64,000 nt of DNA from assembly GCA_043787975.1 (NCBI GenBank), contig JAYVUK010000016.1, forward strand, positions 351 through 64,350, written 5' to 3'. The notes beneath the pieces were generated by a model, which saw only the letters and a list, made by a program, of their open reading frames with translations, was not told the origin of the DNA and did not search any database. Shown one piece after another: positions 29,446-41,400 of the stretch (the first letter of the stretch is position 1; the number at the start of each line of letters is the position of its first letter). A program made the position numbers and the translations under genes. The DNA is from Bacteroidota bacterium (GTDB lineage: Bacteria; Bacteroidota; Bacteroidia; AKYH767-A; 2013-40CM-41-45).

Positions 29446-30606
29446 TTAACCTGGAAATCTACTTCCCTGTACTTTAATTACTCTTCCCTTCCATTGGTAC
29501 GAACCAACAAGTGAAGTCATCCCAATCACAGAAATATAAATCAAATAAATTAATTGAGCGAATAAAAACAGCCAACCAAAATTTTTCTTTCTGAAGAATG
29601 ATCTCATGCCATTCAATAACAAATATTCAGGAATTATCTTTACAAAGAAAATAACCAGGAAAAATGGAATGACGAAGGGATGAAACATGCAAATAAAAAA
29701 CAGGATTAATAATCCTCCATGCAGCGCATATGCGATCAAAGCAATTGTCAATGTAAACAGGCTCATCCTCATTGGAATCTTGGAAGCCCAGCGTTTGCGT
29801 TGATTGAACAGAGTACGCACGGAACTCATGGCACCTGTATAAACAATAGCTTCGGATGATTTAAGGAAATGAATCTTCGAAGAATCCTTCCTTGAAATCT
29901 TACCAAGGAGTTCCGTGTCGTCACCTGAAGCGTTTTGTTCCCGGTCAGAAAATCCATTCACCTCCAAAAATATTTTTTTTGAGTACGCCAGGTTGGCTCC
30001 GTTACACATCATCGGTTGATGATTTGAAATGCTTCCCGCTCCTATTCCAATCAAACCCATGAACTCCAGGCTTTGCAACTTCTCAAAACTGTTTTTCTCT
30101 TCCGAAAAACAAACGGGGCCGGTAATCATCCATGGATGTTCCGTTTCATAGTAGCTCACCATGGTTCCCAGCCAGCCGGGCAACATCCTGCAATCGGCAT
30201 CGGTGGTTACAATTAATTCTCCGGATGACTTTTGAATCGCATGCGCAATCGCCTGTTTCTTATAAAGAGTTCCCTGTCCTTTATTATTGTTGAGAAGGAC
30301 TATTTTATAATTCAGATGTTGTTCAATAATCCGATTCACAATGGCAACAGTATCATCCGTTGAATGATCATCCACAACAATTATTTCAATCAACTTAACC
30401 GGATAATTTTGTTTTAAAATATCGTGCAGGCAATTTGAAATAGTTGACGCTTCATTTCGTGCAGGAACGATGATGGATACCGTTGTTTTAAAATCAGCTT
30501 TTGCTGAATGAAACCGGTTTATTTTTTTCCATCCCATAAAACACCAAAAAATAAATCCTGCATAAAGAACACCTATAAACAAAAGTGAAATTAAAAAAAG
30601 CATCAT
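29446..30606 (-). CDS. Family-2 glycosyltransferase, membrane-embedded processive type
   Basis: N-terminal TM, then IIVPARNEA...VVDDHSTD (DxD region), TDADC, and QRKRW (the QxxRW motif of processive GT2 synthases). Extra TM helices at the C-terminus. Confidence 0.8.
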   Translation of the reverse strand: MMLFLISLLFIGVLYAGFIFWCFMGWKKINRFHSAKADFKTTVSIIVPARNEASTISNCLHDILKQNYPVKLIEIIVVDDHSTDDTVAIVNRIIEQHLNYKIVLLNNNKGQGTLYKKQAIAHAIQKSSGELIVTTDADCRMLPGWLGTMVSYYETEHPWMITGPVCFSEEKNSFEKLQSLEFMGLIGIGAGSISNHQPMMCNGANLAYSKKIFLEVNGFSDREQNASGDDTELLGKISRKDSSKIHFLKSSEAIVYTGAMSSVRTLFNQRKRWASKIPMRMSLFTLTIALIAYALHGGLLILFFICMFHPFVIPFFLVIFFVKIIPEYLLLNGMRSFFRKKNFGWLFLFAQLIYLIYISVIGMTSLVGSYQWKGRVIKVQGSRFPG

Positions 30607-31607
30607 CTCGTTTTTATCCTTTCAAGGTTGAACATAAAAATAAATACCGTCCCAATCAATGCAGGAATCACCAGGTTGATAAGCCAAAGAGAGAGTGTTG
30701 AATTTAAAATTCCAAGGGTATGATCGGTCACCTGGCCGAGAAAAAAAGTCGCAACTGCACCCCTCACTCCTAGTTCGGTAAGCGCAATGGTTGGAATCAA
30801 CGACATCAAAAAATAAATCATACTGATGAGTATCATTGCAACAGGATATGAAACCTCAATCCTGAATACGTGAAGCAAAAAATAAAATTGGGCCGTGAAC
30901 ATAAAATAGCGGATGGCTGCAAGCACCACTACATTCAACAATTCCCTGTACGAATAATAACTAAACACTTCGGTGTATTTCAGCCATGATTTCGCCCACC
31001 TGAATTTACGAAGGACGATTTCCAAAAACGAAACGTTCAGAAAAGCAAGGACACATCCGCTAATGAATACAGCGACGAGAACAATTGTGCCGACAAAAAA
31101 GTACGTATTGATGTGGACAAAAAACCGCAAATAAAACAGGAGGCCGACAGAACCGGCAACCATCGTAACAAGTAATTGACTAAGATTCTCAATCACCGTA
31201 ATCAGGGTGGCTTTGATACGATCAGCAGTATCCAGGTGAAATACTCTTCCGGCATATTCACCGATCCTGTTAGGGGTAAAAAAACTGATGGTTAAACCCG
31301 AGAAAACCGCTTCCAAAGATTTCAGGAAACTGATGTGCTGGATTTTGCTGATCATCATTTTCCATTTCATCGCTTCAACCGACCAGTTGATGAACATCAA
31401 TACAAAGATGACAATAAGCAGGAGGAATTTTGAGCGATCCCGAAAAACTGTTCTGTACTCATCAACCAGTAACAAAATATTTTCCTTTTCAAAAACCTGC
31501 TTATAGATAAACCAGATTGCTAACAATGCAATGGTAATTTTGATTACCATCGGCAGTAATTGGTTTGATTTATTTTTTTTCCTTTGCTCCATTGCAATCA
31601 ACAACAA
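30603..31607 (-). CDS. Polytopic membrane protein, flippase-like / lysylphosphatidylglycerol-synthase-TM-region (UPF0104) family
   Basis: About 8 TM helices. The stop overlaps the GT2 start (ATGA). This family is commonly paired with GT2 genes. Confidence 0.65.
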   Translation of the reverse strand: MLLIAMEQRKKNKSNQLLPMVIKITIALLAIWFIYKQVFEKENILLLVDEYRTVFRDRSKFLLLIVIFVLMFINWSVEAMKWKMMISKIQHISFLKSLEAVFSGLTISFFTPNRIGEYAGRVFHLDTADRIKATLITVIENLSQLLVTMVAGSVGLLFYLRFFVHINTYFFVGTIVLVAVFISGCVLAFLNVSFLEIVLRKFRWAKSWLKYTEVFSYYSYRELLNVVVLAAIRYFMFTAQFYFLLHVFRIEVSYPVAMILISMIYFLMSLIPTIALTELGVRGAVATFFLGQVTDHTLGILNSTLSLWLINLVIPALIGTVFIFMFNLERIKTR

Positions 31608-31645
31608 GTATAGGAATTTTATTCCTGCACGCTAGTACGCTGAAA

Positions 31646-32209
31646 ATGCCGGCAACCACCGATAAAATAATTTTAGGAATTGATCCCGGAACCACCGTGA
31701 TGGGTTATGGTTTGATCCGTCTGAAGGGAGCCAACATGGAATTGATTACGCTCGGAGTGTTACACCTTCATAAACTGGACGGTCACTCATTGAAACTGAA
31801 ACGGATTTTTGAAAAAACACTTTCATTGATTGATGAATACCATCCGGATGATCTTGCCATCGAAGCACCATTCTTTGGAAAAAATATCCAATCCATGCTC
31901 AAACTCGGCAGAGCACAGGGAGTAGCGATGGCTGCAGGTTTATACAGAACCATTCCCATCTTCGAATACTCTCCTAAAAAAATAAAACAGTCGATTACCG
32001 GAAATGGAAATGCATCAAAAGAACAAGTTGCGCTGATGCTGAAAACATTGTTGGCACTTCGTGAATTGCCGGATTACCTGGATGCAACAGATGGATTGGC
32101 AGCAGCCGTTTGTCATCATTTTCAAAATAAAAATATAGGAGGAAAAAAAATTGCGGGAGGCTGGAAAGCTTTTCTCTCTGCAAATCCCGATCGCATTGCT
32201 GTTAAATAA
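31646..32209 (+). CDS. ruvC: Crossover junction endodeoxyribonuclease RuvC
   Basis: [28 protein letters not shown]. Start moved to MPATTDK because the longer frame overlaps the upstream divergent gene. Confidence 0.85.
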   Translation: MPATTDKIILGIDPGTTVMGYGLIRLKGANMELITLGVLHLHKLDGHSLKLKRIFEKTLSLIDEYHPDDLAIEAPFFGKNIQSMLKLGRAQGVAMAAGLYRTIPIFEYSPKKIKQSITGNGNASKEQVALMLKTLLALRELPDYLDATDGLAAAVCHHFQNKNIGGKKIAGGWKAFLSANPDRIAVK

Positions 32210-32597
32210 ATTCCTTCCTGATTTGTTCAGCCGTTTCTTCCAACTCTTCTTTTGAAAAAGAAAGTTTCGGGCTTGCGAAATTCATATCACTCACACGGTT
32301 GATTGGAATAAGATGAATGTGAGCATGCGGAACTTCCAGTCCGATCACTGCTACTCCAATACGTTTGCAGGGCACCGCTTTCTCAATTGCTTTTGAAACC
32401 CGTTTAGCGAAATGCCAAAGCTCCTGGTACAGTTCATCCTCCACGTTAAACAGATAATCAATTTCCTTTTTGGGAATGACAAGTGTATGTCCTTTTGAAA
32501 GCGGGTTAATGTCAAGAAAAGCCAAACAGGTGGCACTCTCAGCAATTTTGTAGCAAGGAATTTCTCCGCTTACGATGCAACTGAAAAGAGAAGGCAT
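32202..32597 (-). CDS. HIT-family (histidine triad) nucleotide hydrolase
   Basis: [10 protein letters not shown] and the HAHIHLIP histidine triad. Confidence 0.85.
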   Translation of the reverse strand: MPSLFSCIVSGEIPCYKIAESATCLAFLDINPLSKGHTLVIPKKEIDYLFNVEDELYQELWHFAKRVSKAIEKAVPCKRIGVAVIGLEVPHAHIHLIPINRVSDMNFASPKLSFSKEELEETAEQIRKEFI

Positions 32598-32624
32598 TTT
32601 AGTGTTGAAAAAATTTCTGTGAAT

Positions 32625-33095
32625 TTATCGTTTTATCTCTACGATCTCAAACTCCAATTTGCCGGAAGGGACACTGATCTCGGCAATGTCACCGACTTTT
32701 TTTCCAAGCAATCCCTTGCCAATCGGTGAACTGACAGATATTTTTCCGAGTTTAAGATCCGCTTCGTTTTCAGCAACGAGTGTGTAACTCATGACCTGTC
32801 CGTTGGTTTTATTTTTTATTTTTACGGTTGAAAGAACCAGAGCTTTTGAGTTGTCTAATTTACTCTCATCTATCAAGCGGGCGTTTGCCATCACTTCTTC
32901 CAATTTTGAAATGCGAAACTCAAGCATTCCCTGGGCGTCTTTAGCAGCATCGTATTCCGCGTTCTCAGAAAGATCACCCTTGTCGCGCGCCTCCGCTATT
33001 TGCTGCGATATACGCGGACGCTCCACGTTCCTCAATTGAAACAATTCTTCCTGTAATTTTTTTAATCCTTCTTCCGTGTAATATTGAACTCCCAT
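32625..33095 (-). CDS. greA: Transcription elongation factor GreA
   Basis: N-terminal coiled coil with DLSENAEYDAAKDAQ. C-terminal FKBP-like domain (GKISVSSPIGKGLLGKKVGD). Confidence 0.9.
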   Translation of the reverse strand: MGVQYYTEEGLKKLQEELFQLRNVERPRISQQIAEARDKGDLSENAEYDAAKDAQGMLEFRISKLEEVMANARLIDESKLDNSKALVLSTVKIKNKTNGQVMSYTLVAENEADLKLGKISVSSPIGKGLLGKKVGDIAEISVPSGKLEFEIVEIKR

Positions 33096-33184
33096 TGTTT
33101 GAACCGTTTATTCTGTTAATTCATGAAAGCAAAACAATCCCGATGGTTATCGGGATTGTTGCAATGCAAATGTAAAGATTTTTT

Positions 33185-34246
33185 TTACAAACTAAATCGT
33201 GCTCCGAAAGAATGCGTTCCGCTAAACGGATCGGTCGCGCGATAAGAATAATCTAAACCAAAAGTTTTTCCGGTTTTCCCGAGCGGAACCTGGAACGTAA
33301 AACCTGCCGAAGGACCTGTATAAACAGTGGTTCTCAGGTTATCATCGAAAATATTATTTTCATACGTAAATCCTCCGCGAAGCATGAAGTAATTTTTAAA
33401 CCCATATTCAAGTCCAAGCGAGTATTGATCATTTGAAAATGAATTGGAATTAAAAGTTCCGGCAACAGAGATACGATGATCCTTTGCAGGGAGAATGTCG
33501 TAGGTAACTCCGATATTAACCAACGACGGCATTTCAAAACCGGACGAACGTTGCTCAAGTGTTAATTCATAACCTGCGGGAGTTGTCACACGCGTTGATA
33601 ATCCGTCACCTCCAAATTTCATTGGTGTTCCGACATTTTTTAAAGCAATACCGAATTTCAAATTGTCTTTGTCTTCGTTAGAACCGGTTACATATTGAAT
33701 TCCGGCATCCACGGCAAAACCTCCTGCACTTACATTGGAAATACTTTCATCGATCACTTTCACATTGATTCCTCCATAGATGCTGTGAGAAAATGTTTTC
33801 GCATAGGACAGGTTAATGTTAATCAGGCTTGGAGAAAATGTTCCCAGCCCGCCATCAGGGCTTTCCGTGGTTGTAACAGCAATATCACCAAAATCCATCG
33901 CCATTACTGCAAAGCCAAATGCACCACCTGACTCACCCAGTTTTTGGGTCATTCCGAATGCATTCACATTGATCTCCGATCCTTTGAGCCACTCTGTGTG
34001 TGACACTACAATATCGGTCTGTTTTGTAAACGCAATACCGGCTACATTTCCAAAAATAGCTTCCACTCCATGAACGGATCCGGAGTTTGCACTTCCCCAA
34101 CCGGATGACCTTGCCCAGGGATTAATGAGAAGTTCTGTCGCTCCGGCTTGTCCGGCACGATCAGGATTTCCCGCTTTTATTTTCGCACACGGAAAAACAA
34201 TTGCTGCGATGGATAAAGTAACAATGTATTTATAGAGCTGTTTCAT
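33185..34246 (-). CDS. Outer-membrane beta-barrel protein, PorV/LptO-like (FadL-fold T9SS shuttle); assignment tentative
   Basis: Signal peptide. AGQAGATELLINPWARSSGWGSANSG resembles the conserved N-terminal PorV motif (LLIxPDARSxGMG). Ends in aromatic F-x-x-R-F-S-L. Located directly downstream of a large protein with a divergent T9SS CTD. Confidence 0.45.
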   Translation of the reverse strand: MKQLYKYIVTLSIAAIVFPCAKIKAGNPDRAGQAGATELLINPWARSSGWGSANSGSVHGVEAIFGNVAGIAFTKQTDIVVSHTEWLKGSEINVNAFGMTQKLGESGGAFGFAVMAMDFGDIAVTTTESPDGGLGTFSPSLININLSYAKTFSHSIYGGINVKVIDESISNVSAGGFAVDAGIQYVTGSNEDKDNLKFGIALKNVGTPMKFGGDGLSTRVTTPAGYELTLEQRSSGFEMPSLVNIGVTYDILPAKDHRISVAGTFNSNSFSNDQYSLGLEYGFKNYFMLRGGFTYENNIFDDNLRTTVYTGPSAGFTFQVPLGKTGKTFGLDYSYRATDPFSGTHSFGARFSL

Positions 34247-34290
34247 ACGCTATTCTTGTGTTCTGTTTGTTTATATATGATATGCAAGAT

Positions 34291-37200
34291 TTAGAATGTA
34301 TCTAGATCGATTGGTCGTAAAACACCAAACCACTTGATCGTCTTTTCACCAATTCCGGGAGCATTAATGTGAATGATATACACACCGCTGGCTATCGGAA
34401 CCCCTGCCGTATTTTTAAGATTCCATTCAAGCGCTGTTTCAAGATTCAACTCAGGATAAATTGCTCCTGCCGTATTATCTGTACTTACGTCACGCTTCAA
34501 CGTCCTCACAAGTATTCCACTTGGTGTATAGATCGTCACAACACACTTTGCCGGCAGATTAATAATCTTAATGCGGTTATCCAACTGATTCTGTTCATAA
34601 GAAGAGAATGCGTAATAAGGATTCGGTACCACGTTAACCGTATCCAACGCTTTCTTCGCTGTTTCAAGATCACCGGTTAAGGCAACGAGATCATCGGTGT
34701 TGAACTGGTATTTAGGGAAGTTATTATTCGTAGGAGGTACGTCTGTCTGGTATGCTTCATAAGGTTTTGCCATGCGAATACGAATGGTCGCCGTAGTGGA
34801 TAATAATGTTTCTCCCCTGTTCAGCATCGGGTAGCCAACCCACATGCATGATGCCCATGGTCTCTTATAATTTAATAAGCCGCTCGAACCACCATAATTT
34901 GAAGTCGTTAGCACTCTCTTAAGTCTTGAATAGAGGAACTGGCAACCGTCATACATTGGAAATGTATCATTATGAGCAAACACATATACAATGTGTTTAC
35001 CTCCAAAAACAACATTGCCTGCTTCATCAAAATAAGTTGAAGTTGGATTCCATTTCATGTCAGCACCATTGTCCGAAGCTAAATGACTATCCTCACCAAA
35101 AGCGATGTTCAAACGTTCACCAGTTTCCAGGTTGACGGCATAACCAGGAAAGTAACTAAAACCAGTACCTGTATCAGCAACTAAATCGTTTCCACTTAGC
35201 TTTAAAGATGTACTTCTTCTTGGTGTGCCTTTCAAAGCATTTCCAACTGTAGCGGCTGAATTATCTCCTTGTTCAATCACCATACACTTACTCCAATAGC
35301 GTGTATCAGGCGTAAACACAATATTTACACTCGCCTGATCTTTAAACTGGTTTAGCGCATGAGCTTGTCCGTTTGAATTCATATCTGATGTCGGAGGATT
35401 AGCGTGCTTAAACTGCGTGCTGTCCCAAGCCGCAAACTTATAAGCAGTCCATGTTCCACCAATCAGTTTTCCCCAAACATTCTTGCCATCCAGTTTAGCA
35501 ATCTGGCTTCCGGTTACTGCATAATATTTATAATCAGCCGGGTCACTTCCACTTGCGATCCAGTTGAATTCACCGTCTCCATCAGCCACTCCACCTAACC
35601 AACGTTGAGCTGAATTTTCAAAATTAATGGTCGCCTCAATAAATTGTGGAATAGCATTTTTACCGACAATCGCTCCCGGGTAGAGAAGTGGAGTATCGAC
35701 AGGTGCAGTTGTTGGAGTATTAGTCAACTGACTCATGTTTATATAAAAACCATAATCAACAGGAAATCCGTCTGCGTTATTAAATTTGACTAACTGATCA
35801 TAAGGACTTCCAATCGCAGCTACCCCATTTAATGTGTCACCTGTTGACAGATTTTTTAAATGCCATTTTGAACCGTAGTTAATAGAGTCTGACCACAATT
35901 GAAAATTACCTCCTTTTACATTTACAGGATCAAATACACGAATGTCCACTGGACCTCTCGCTCTTTGGTAAACAGGGTGCAGTGAACGTCCGGGATGTGT
36001 AGTGTTGAAAAGTAAATCATCAACGGTTGCCGGAGTAAAGTCCAGCGCTAACCTGTCTGATTCTACCACATGACCATTTCCTTGTCCTTCAAGTCTTGTA
36101 ATTTCAGGTCCGTCTCCAAAAGAAGAATTCAAAACCAATCCATTAAATTCCGGTGTAACAATGTGTGGAATGGCAGTATATGTTTTAATTCTTCTTCTTC
36201 CTGATATGTAAGGTTTGCCATCTCCGTCAGGTGTAAGACCATAATTAAATGCATCAATCTCGATGTGATTGTATCCATAGGCAATTACGGTATAGTAATA
36301 TGTCTTATGATTAATTAGCTTATCGTCACCCGTAGCAAATTTGTCTTTCGTGAGTCGGAATACATGGCGCAAACCTACATCCGCTCCGGCAACTTCCTCA
36401 ACTCCGTAATAAGCTGTTGTAACCTGGTCTTTGAAATAATTCACAAGTTGACCTACTCCATTTGATTTATCACATTGGAAAACCAAACTGGCTTTGTCAG
36501 GATTACGAATGTCGTTAATGGTTACAGAACCATCTTTCAATTGGAATACCTGGTATCCTTCAAAATGATAGAATGGATCTGGATCACCTTGGTTCAGGTT
36601 CGGGTCAATTTCAGTATACGTTTCATCCGTACCACCTACCGGGTGATTATTGGTTCCTTCAGGATTTGAAATGGAAAACAAAAGTTCCTGGCTCATTTCG
36701 CGAATGCTGAGATCAGGAGCATCAGGACCATTTGTAATAGCAAAATTATGATCAAATAATTTCTGAGCTTTATCATCAGCCAAAAGAAGCAATGCGATGG
36801 ATCCGGAAGAACCACATGCTGTTCCGGGTCCGCCTGAACCGGCGCGAGCCCATACTGCTCCTGTTGTAATATAATTTACTGCACCAGGCTGTAAGGTAAA
36901 CGGACCGGCGGTTTGTAAAAATCGTCTGTCGTCAGGGTTATTACCGGCAGTTACTTCATCCCAAACCGGTTGGGGAACATGATTCGTACCCCATCCTGTC
37001 GGATCTGAACAACCAGGGAACATAAAATTGGCTGGAATGTTTGTATGTCCAAGATTCGCACCGTGTCCGTCTCCTCCATAAGTAATTACATTTCCATCTT
37101 TCCAGATTCCTCTTAAATAGTTGTAGTAATCGCTGGCACTATTCGGATTACCTATCACTGAAAAATCATTGTTGTAATAAATAAACTTCGACATGATGAT

Positions 37201-38379
37201 AAGTTCGGGCTTCACGGTATCAGGTATCGTATCAATTACTCCGGAAGAATCCGGAAGATATGTACAATCTATGCAACCATCCCTGTCATTATCGACTCCG
37301 TCACCCGGATCCGCTTTTGGTCCCTGGAAAAAGTCATATCCGACTGCAGGCGGATTAAAACCGTAACCCGTGATTCCATCATCGTATGAATCTCCATTGT
37401 AGCAATAGCCAAAACCTCGTTTTACATCACAACCTACATAATCATCCAAATAATTTCCAAGATCCGGATCTACCCAAGCACCAAAGTAGGTGGTATCCAC
37501 TTCGAGTATTGAGCGGTTAATAATTTTATATTTATAAAACGTCATGTTGTTGATTTCATCGTTGGTGGCAAATGCAAATGCCTGCGCCTGGACCTCGAGA
37601 CCGATCGCCTGCCCATTTGTTTCTCCATGAACGTTTCCGACATCGTTAAACACCCACCAGATACTTTGGTCACCTAAAAGGTATTCACCTGTAGCGCTAT
37701 TAGGATCATTATTAGGGAGCTGGAGGTTGTAACCCGGGTAATCACCATTTTCATAGTTGTACTCACCATCAGCATCAGCATCATGAAACGGTGCTAAGAA
37801 ATGAGATTGTCCCAACGATCCATCACCGTTACCCGGCCATTCCTTAATATCAAGAGGAGGATTTGGGTTTGGTGTGTGGTTCGGAAGAAAACCACTTGCA
37901 TATTCTTCTACTTCTTCATGCGTCACTTCCCAATGCCTGTCATATTTAAGACATACGCTGGCTGTCGTCGTTGCAGCGCCACCGGTTGTATCAATAGGGC
38001 CCGGCCAGAAATCAATTCCGCTCTGGCGGTATGTTTGCGCGGCTACTTTTAAATTGTTTCCATTGTCTTTTCCACCAATCCAGAGAGCTCCTGCAAAAAG
38101 CGAATATTTTTTTGAATCCTTTGGAACTTCATACCTAGCGCTACCAACTAAATCCCACCACATATCACCATTGATCCAGATCGGGCAACGGATGTTGTTA
38201 ATATCAAGATCCTTGTGAGATGAAGAATTGGTACAAGTCGCTGCAACCACAGGCAGGGTAGGATCACGATGTATCCCTCCCCCGGACCCGGAACCTGAGC
38301 CTCCACCGATATTTTCTTTTGCAGAAAGAATACCGGCATAACAAAATGAAACAATGATTAAAAGAGCAAATTTTTTCAT
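34291..38379 (-). CDS. Large (1362 aa) secreted protein with N-terminal Gly/Ser linker and a divergent T9SS-type C-terminal domain; possible PorU-like (C25 peptidase family) by gene context
   Basis: Signal peptide plus GGGSGSGSGGG. C-terminus VVTIYTPSGILVRTL...ASGVYIIHINAPGIGEKTIKWFGVLR is CTD-like but carries an extra PIDLDTF. A candidate His/Cys pair (DGHGANLGH ... PGCSDP) is present. Size and position upstream of the PorV-like gene fit porU. Confidence 0.4.
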   Translation of the reverse strand: MKKFALLIIVSFCYAGILSAKENIGGGSGSGSGGGIHRDPTLPVVAATCTNSSSHKDLDINNIRCPIWINGDMWWDLVGSARYEVPKDSKKYSLFAGALWIGGKDNGNNLKVAAQTYRQSGIDFWPGPIDTTGGAATTTASVCLKYDRHWEVTHEEVEEYASGFLPNHTPNPNPPLDIKEWPGNGDGSLGQSHFLAPFHDADADGEYNYENGDYPGYNLQLPNNDPNSATGEYLLGDQSIWWVFNDVGNVHGETNGQAIGLEVQAQAFAFATNDEINNMTFYKYKIINRSILEVDTTYFGAWVDPDLGNYLDDYVGCDVKRGFGYCYNGDSYDDGITGYGFNPPAVGYDFFQGPKADPGDGVDNDRDGCIDCTYLPDSSGVIDTIPDTVKPELIIMSKFIYYNNDFSVIGNPNSASDYYNYLRGIWKDGNVITYGGDGHGANLGHTNIPANFMFPGCSDPTGWGTNHVPQPVWDEVTAGNNPDDRRFLQTAGPFTLQPGAVNYITTGAVWARAGSGGPGTACGSSGSIALLLLADDKAQKLFDHNFAITNGPDAPDLSIREMSQELLFSISNPEGTNNHPVGGTDETYTEIDPNLNQGDPDPFYHFEGYQVFQLKDGSVTINDIRNPDKASLVFQCDKSNGVGQLVNYFKDQVTTAYYGVEEVAGADVGLRHVFRLTKDKFATGDDKLINHKTYYYTVIAYGYNHIEIDAFNYGLTPDGDGKPYISGRRRIKTYTAIPHIVTPEFNGLVLNSSFGDGPEITRLEGQGNGHVVESDRLALDFTPATVDDLLFNTTHPGRSLHPVYQRARGPVDIRVFDPVNVKGGNFQLWSDSINYGSKWHLKNLSTGDTLNGVAAIGSPYDQLVKFNNADGFPVDYGFYINMSQLTNTPTTAPVDTPLLYPGAIVGKNAIPQFIEATINFENSAQRWLGGVADGDGEFNWIASGSDPADYKYYAVTGSQIAKLDGKNVWGKLIGGTWTAYKFAAWDSTQFKHANPPTSDMNSNGQAHALNQFKDQASVNIVFTPDTRYWSKCMVIEQGDNSAATVGNALKGTPRRSTSLKLSGNDLVADTGTGFSYFPGYAVNLETGERLNIAFGEDSHLASDNGADMKWNPTSTYFDEAGNVVFGGKHIVYVFAHNDTFPMYDGCQFLYSRLKRVLTTSNYGGSSGLLNYKRPWASCMWVGYPMLNRGETLLSTTATIRIRMAKPYEAYQTDVPPTNNNFPKYQFNTDDLVALTGDLETAKKALDTVNVVPNPYYAFSSYEQNQLDNRIKIINLPAKCVVTIYTPSGILVRTLKRDVSTDNTAGAIYPELNLETALEWNLKNTAGVPIASGVYIIHINAPGIGEKTIKWFGVLRPIDLDTF

Positions 38380-38421
38380 CTTATACGTATTTATTTTAAG
38401 TTTCTTAGTAGATAATTAAGA

Positions 38422-41400
38422 TCAGAAATTTAATTGTAATCCCAAACGAATTCTTCTTGGCAAACTGTAATGATTCGGATTGTTAGCAGCAATCTGGTAT
38501 TGATCGAAATAAGCCTGCGGACTCGGAGCTGTAGCTGCACGAACAATTCCTGCGGAAGAGGTTAGGTAACCATCATCGCCGGCATTACCGGTTGTATTAT
38601 AAACAGACGTTATATTTTGCGCGTCAAGAACATTCAGCACCTGGAGGTACACATTCAGGCTTAAAGGCTTGCGACTCTCTCCATCTTTTTTCTTTCCCAT
38701 TTTAATATCAAAATCTTTGTCTACCTTAAGATCAACATTTGTTGACCATGGCAAGCGTGAACCATTGATTGATCCTGCAATTACATTACGTGATGTCACC
38801 GTTAAATCAGCTGTAGGAGCGATGTTGCTTTGACGTGTATAAGGTGTTCCTGATCCAGCGCGGAATACTAAACTCAACCCTGTTTTAGCAAAGAACTGTT
38901 TGTTAAACCAAACAGGACCATCGTAGTTTTTTCCGGATCCATAATGATAATCGAGGGATACAACAAAAGTATGACGCTGATCAAAATCAAGCGGCTTGAT
39001 TTCCCTGAGATTGTTTTGTCCTGCATTGGCAAGCAACCCTGCATTGGAAGTTGCCTTGGAACCCGTTCCATCAGCAAACTGTAGCGTGTAGCTTAAATTC
39101 ATTTTTACATTTCCGGTTTTCCTTAAGTCATATGTAAAGGATAATCCCTTTACCGTACCGAAATCAATGTTACCATATGTTGTATAAGAAATCGGGAAGG
39201 CAGCGAACGCACTAACCTGATGAATCATGTCCCTCAATTCTTTGTAGAATGCAGAAATAGAAAAAGCAGAACTTTTACTTAGTTTTTGCTGGAAAGCAAT
39301 TTCATAATCAGTCGTCCTTTCCGGCTTCAGGTCAGGATTATTAAAAGTCCCACTGATACCGTCATACCAACCTAAATAGCTACTTGGAGTCATCCTTAAT
39401 AAAGACTCATCCGGCCGCTGCACCAGGATGTCGTAGTGAGCTGCGAAATATGCTTCATCTGAAATAGGAAAAGAAAATGCGATACGAGGCATCACGTTAA
39501 CCTGCGGTTCGTAATCTTTAAAGGCTTCTATCTCAATTTGCTTTTGAATTCCGCTTGAATGTTCCGGATGCTTAAGGTAGGGACCTGTTGAATTATTAGT
39601 AATAAGTGAAAGATCTGTTGTTTCTGCTCCCTGGCCATCGAACCACTTATCGCCTTTTCTATAACCAACAATGGATGTTGGGTTATTAAAATCATTCGCA
39701 TAAACAACATAATCATCCTCAATGTTTGAAGGAATCGGCGTATTACCCGGTAAATGTGTAGCCCCTGATCTAACATCGCCTGCGTTAAATGCAGTCCACA
39801 AAGAGTATGGATCTACCAACGTTTTCTGATTCGCATCAAAACGGTCAACACGCACACCGACATTAAAAATCAAATCATTCACAGAAAATCTGTCTGAAAT
39901 ATATCCGGCAGTATAATTCGGTTCAAACGGAGCAACCTGGCGCGTATAATTTTTATTTCCATCCTGGTGAAAAAAGAAATCATCCAGGCTTGGTTTTGCG
40001 TCTGAAATTTTTCCGGTATAATCATAACCATAATAAGCACCGAGAACAGGTGCAAGCTCATCAGCAGTAAACAAATTAAGATTATAGGTGGAAGGAGTAT
40101 ACGAATCAATATCCAAATATGCATAATTAGGAATACCAAGCTGTTGATGGATGTTCTCATGAAATCCGGGAGCAACCTGGCTTGGATTGTGAACATTCGT
40201 TGTAGGCACATTGAGAGGATGATACGAAATGATCGTATCAATAATACCATCACCATTTATATCAATGCCCGGGAACTCAAGATATTTAGTACTGGTATCC
40301 AATGTATGTTGAAAATTTGTAGCCACTCCTTCCAATCCTCGCATCAGATTCCATAATGAACTTGCATTGATGTTCCACCCTCGGTCAACACGCTGTTCGT
40401 ATTCCATTCCTATCACAATGTTATGGTCCTTGATGTCAGCAGAACCGGAAGCAGTAACCCGTAACTGCGATTGATTTGTAATACTGTAACCGGCAGGTAC
40501 ACGACCCGGTGATGCCCATAAACCGTTAACATAAAGATTAATCCGGTTGTCACCATTCACTAAAGCGTGGTTGTCAGTTATGTCTGTGAGTGTATTGTAA
40601 TACCCGTTTGCATCGGGAGCCAAATTATAATATTGCGTCGTGTAGTTTGTCGTTACGGGGTTAAGATCGGAAGGATGAAAATCCACAAGATAGTCCACAT
40701 AATTTCCAAGCTCAATCGGTGAATTAACCGTTATTCCATCTACAGTTTTAGGAGTTCCGCTAAAATACAGACCAGCCTTATGAGTTACGAATTGACCCAC
40801 GTAACCATAATCAAAAAAATTGTCTTTATGCTGATCATTTTGCCCGGTTGTTTTGTTTTTTGAATAATCAACCTGGATACTATAGAATGCATTCTTAATT
40901 GCAGAAGATGACTTAGACTGGTTTTCAGAATTACCAAAACGTTGAGTAATTTTTCCAAATACTCTCCAGTTGTTATCTAATTGCTGCGCGTTATTGGCTG
41001 CATTAAAGAGTCCGTAAAAATCTCTTGTCGCAGTCGCATTTCGGCTATCCTTGAAATCATAGGAACCACCAACTGTCAATGTTACATTTTTCACAGGTCT
41101 GAAATCTAGTTTTCCATTGATCCGATAGCCTTGCGAAGCTACATTCTGTCTTGCATTCACGTGCTCCAGCGAGTCATAAGTAAAAAAGGCAGCGCGCTGA
41201 TTAAAACCGTTTCCTGTAGTTGATTGCACCAACGGATTCAGCGAGATCTCGGCGAGCTTATCATCTTTTGCTTTCCACACACCACCGGAACGCGGATCCG
41301 GATCCCCATCGTAGTAATAATCTCCGGCAAAAAAGAAACCCGCTAACGGCTGACCAGATTTTCGACCGGTGGAATCTCTTGGCGTAAATATAGGACCGGA

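Noticed and set aside
31565-31645. 5-prime extension of ruvC ([11 protein letters not shown]...)
   Set aside because: It overlaps the start of the divergent flippase-like gene. The conserved RuvC N-terminus begins at [15 protein letters not shown].
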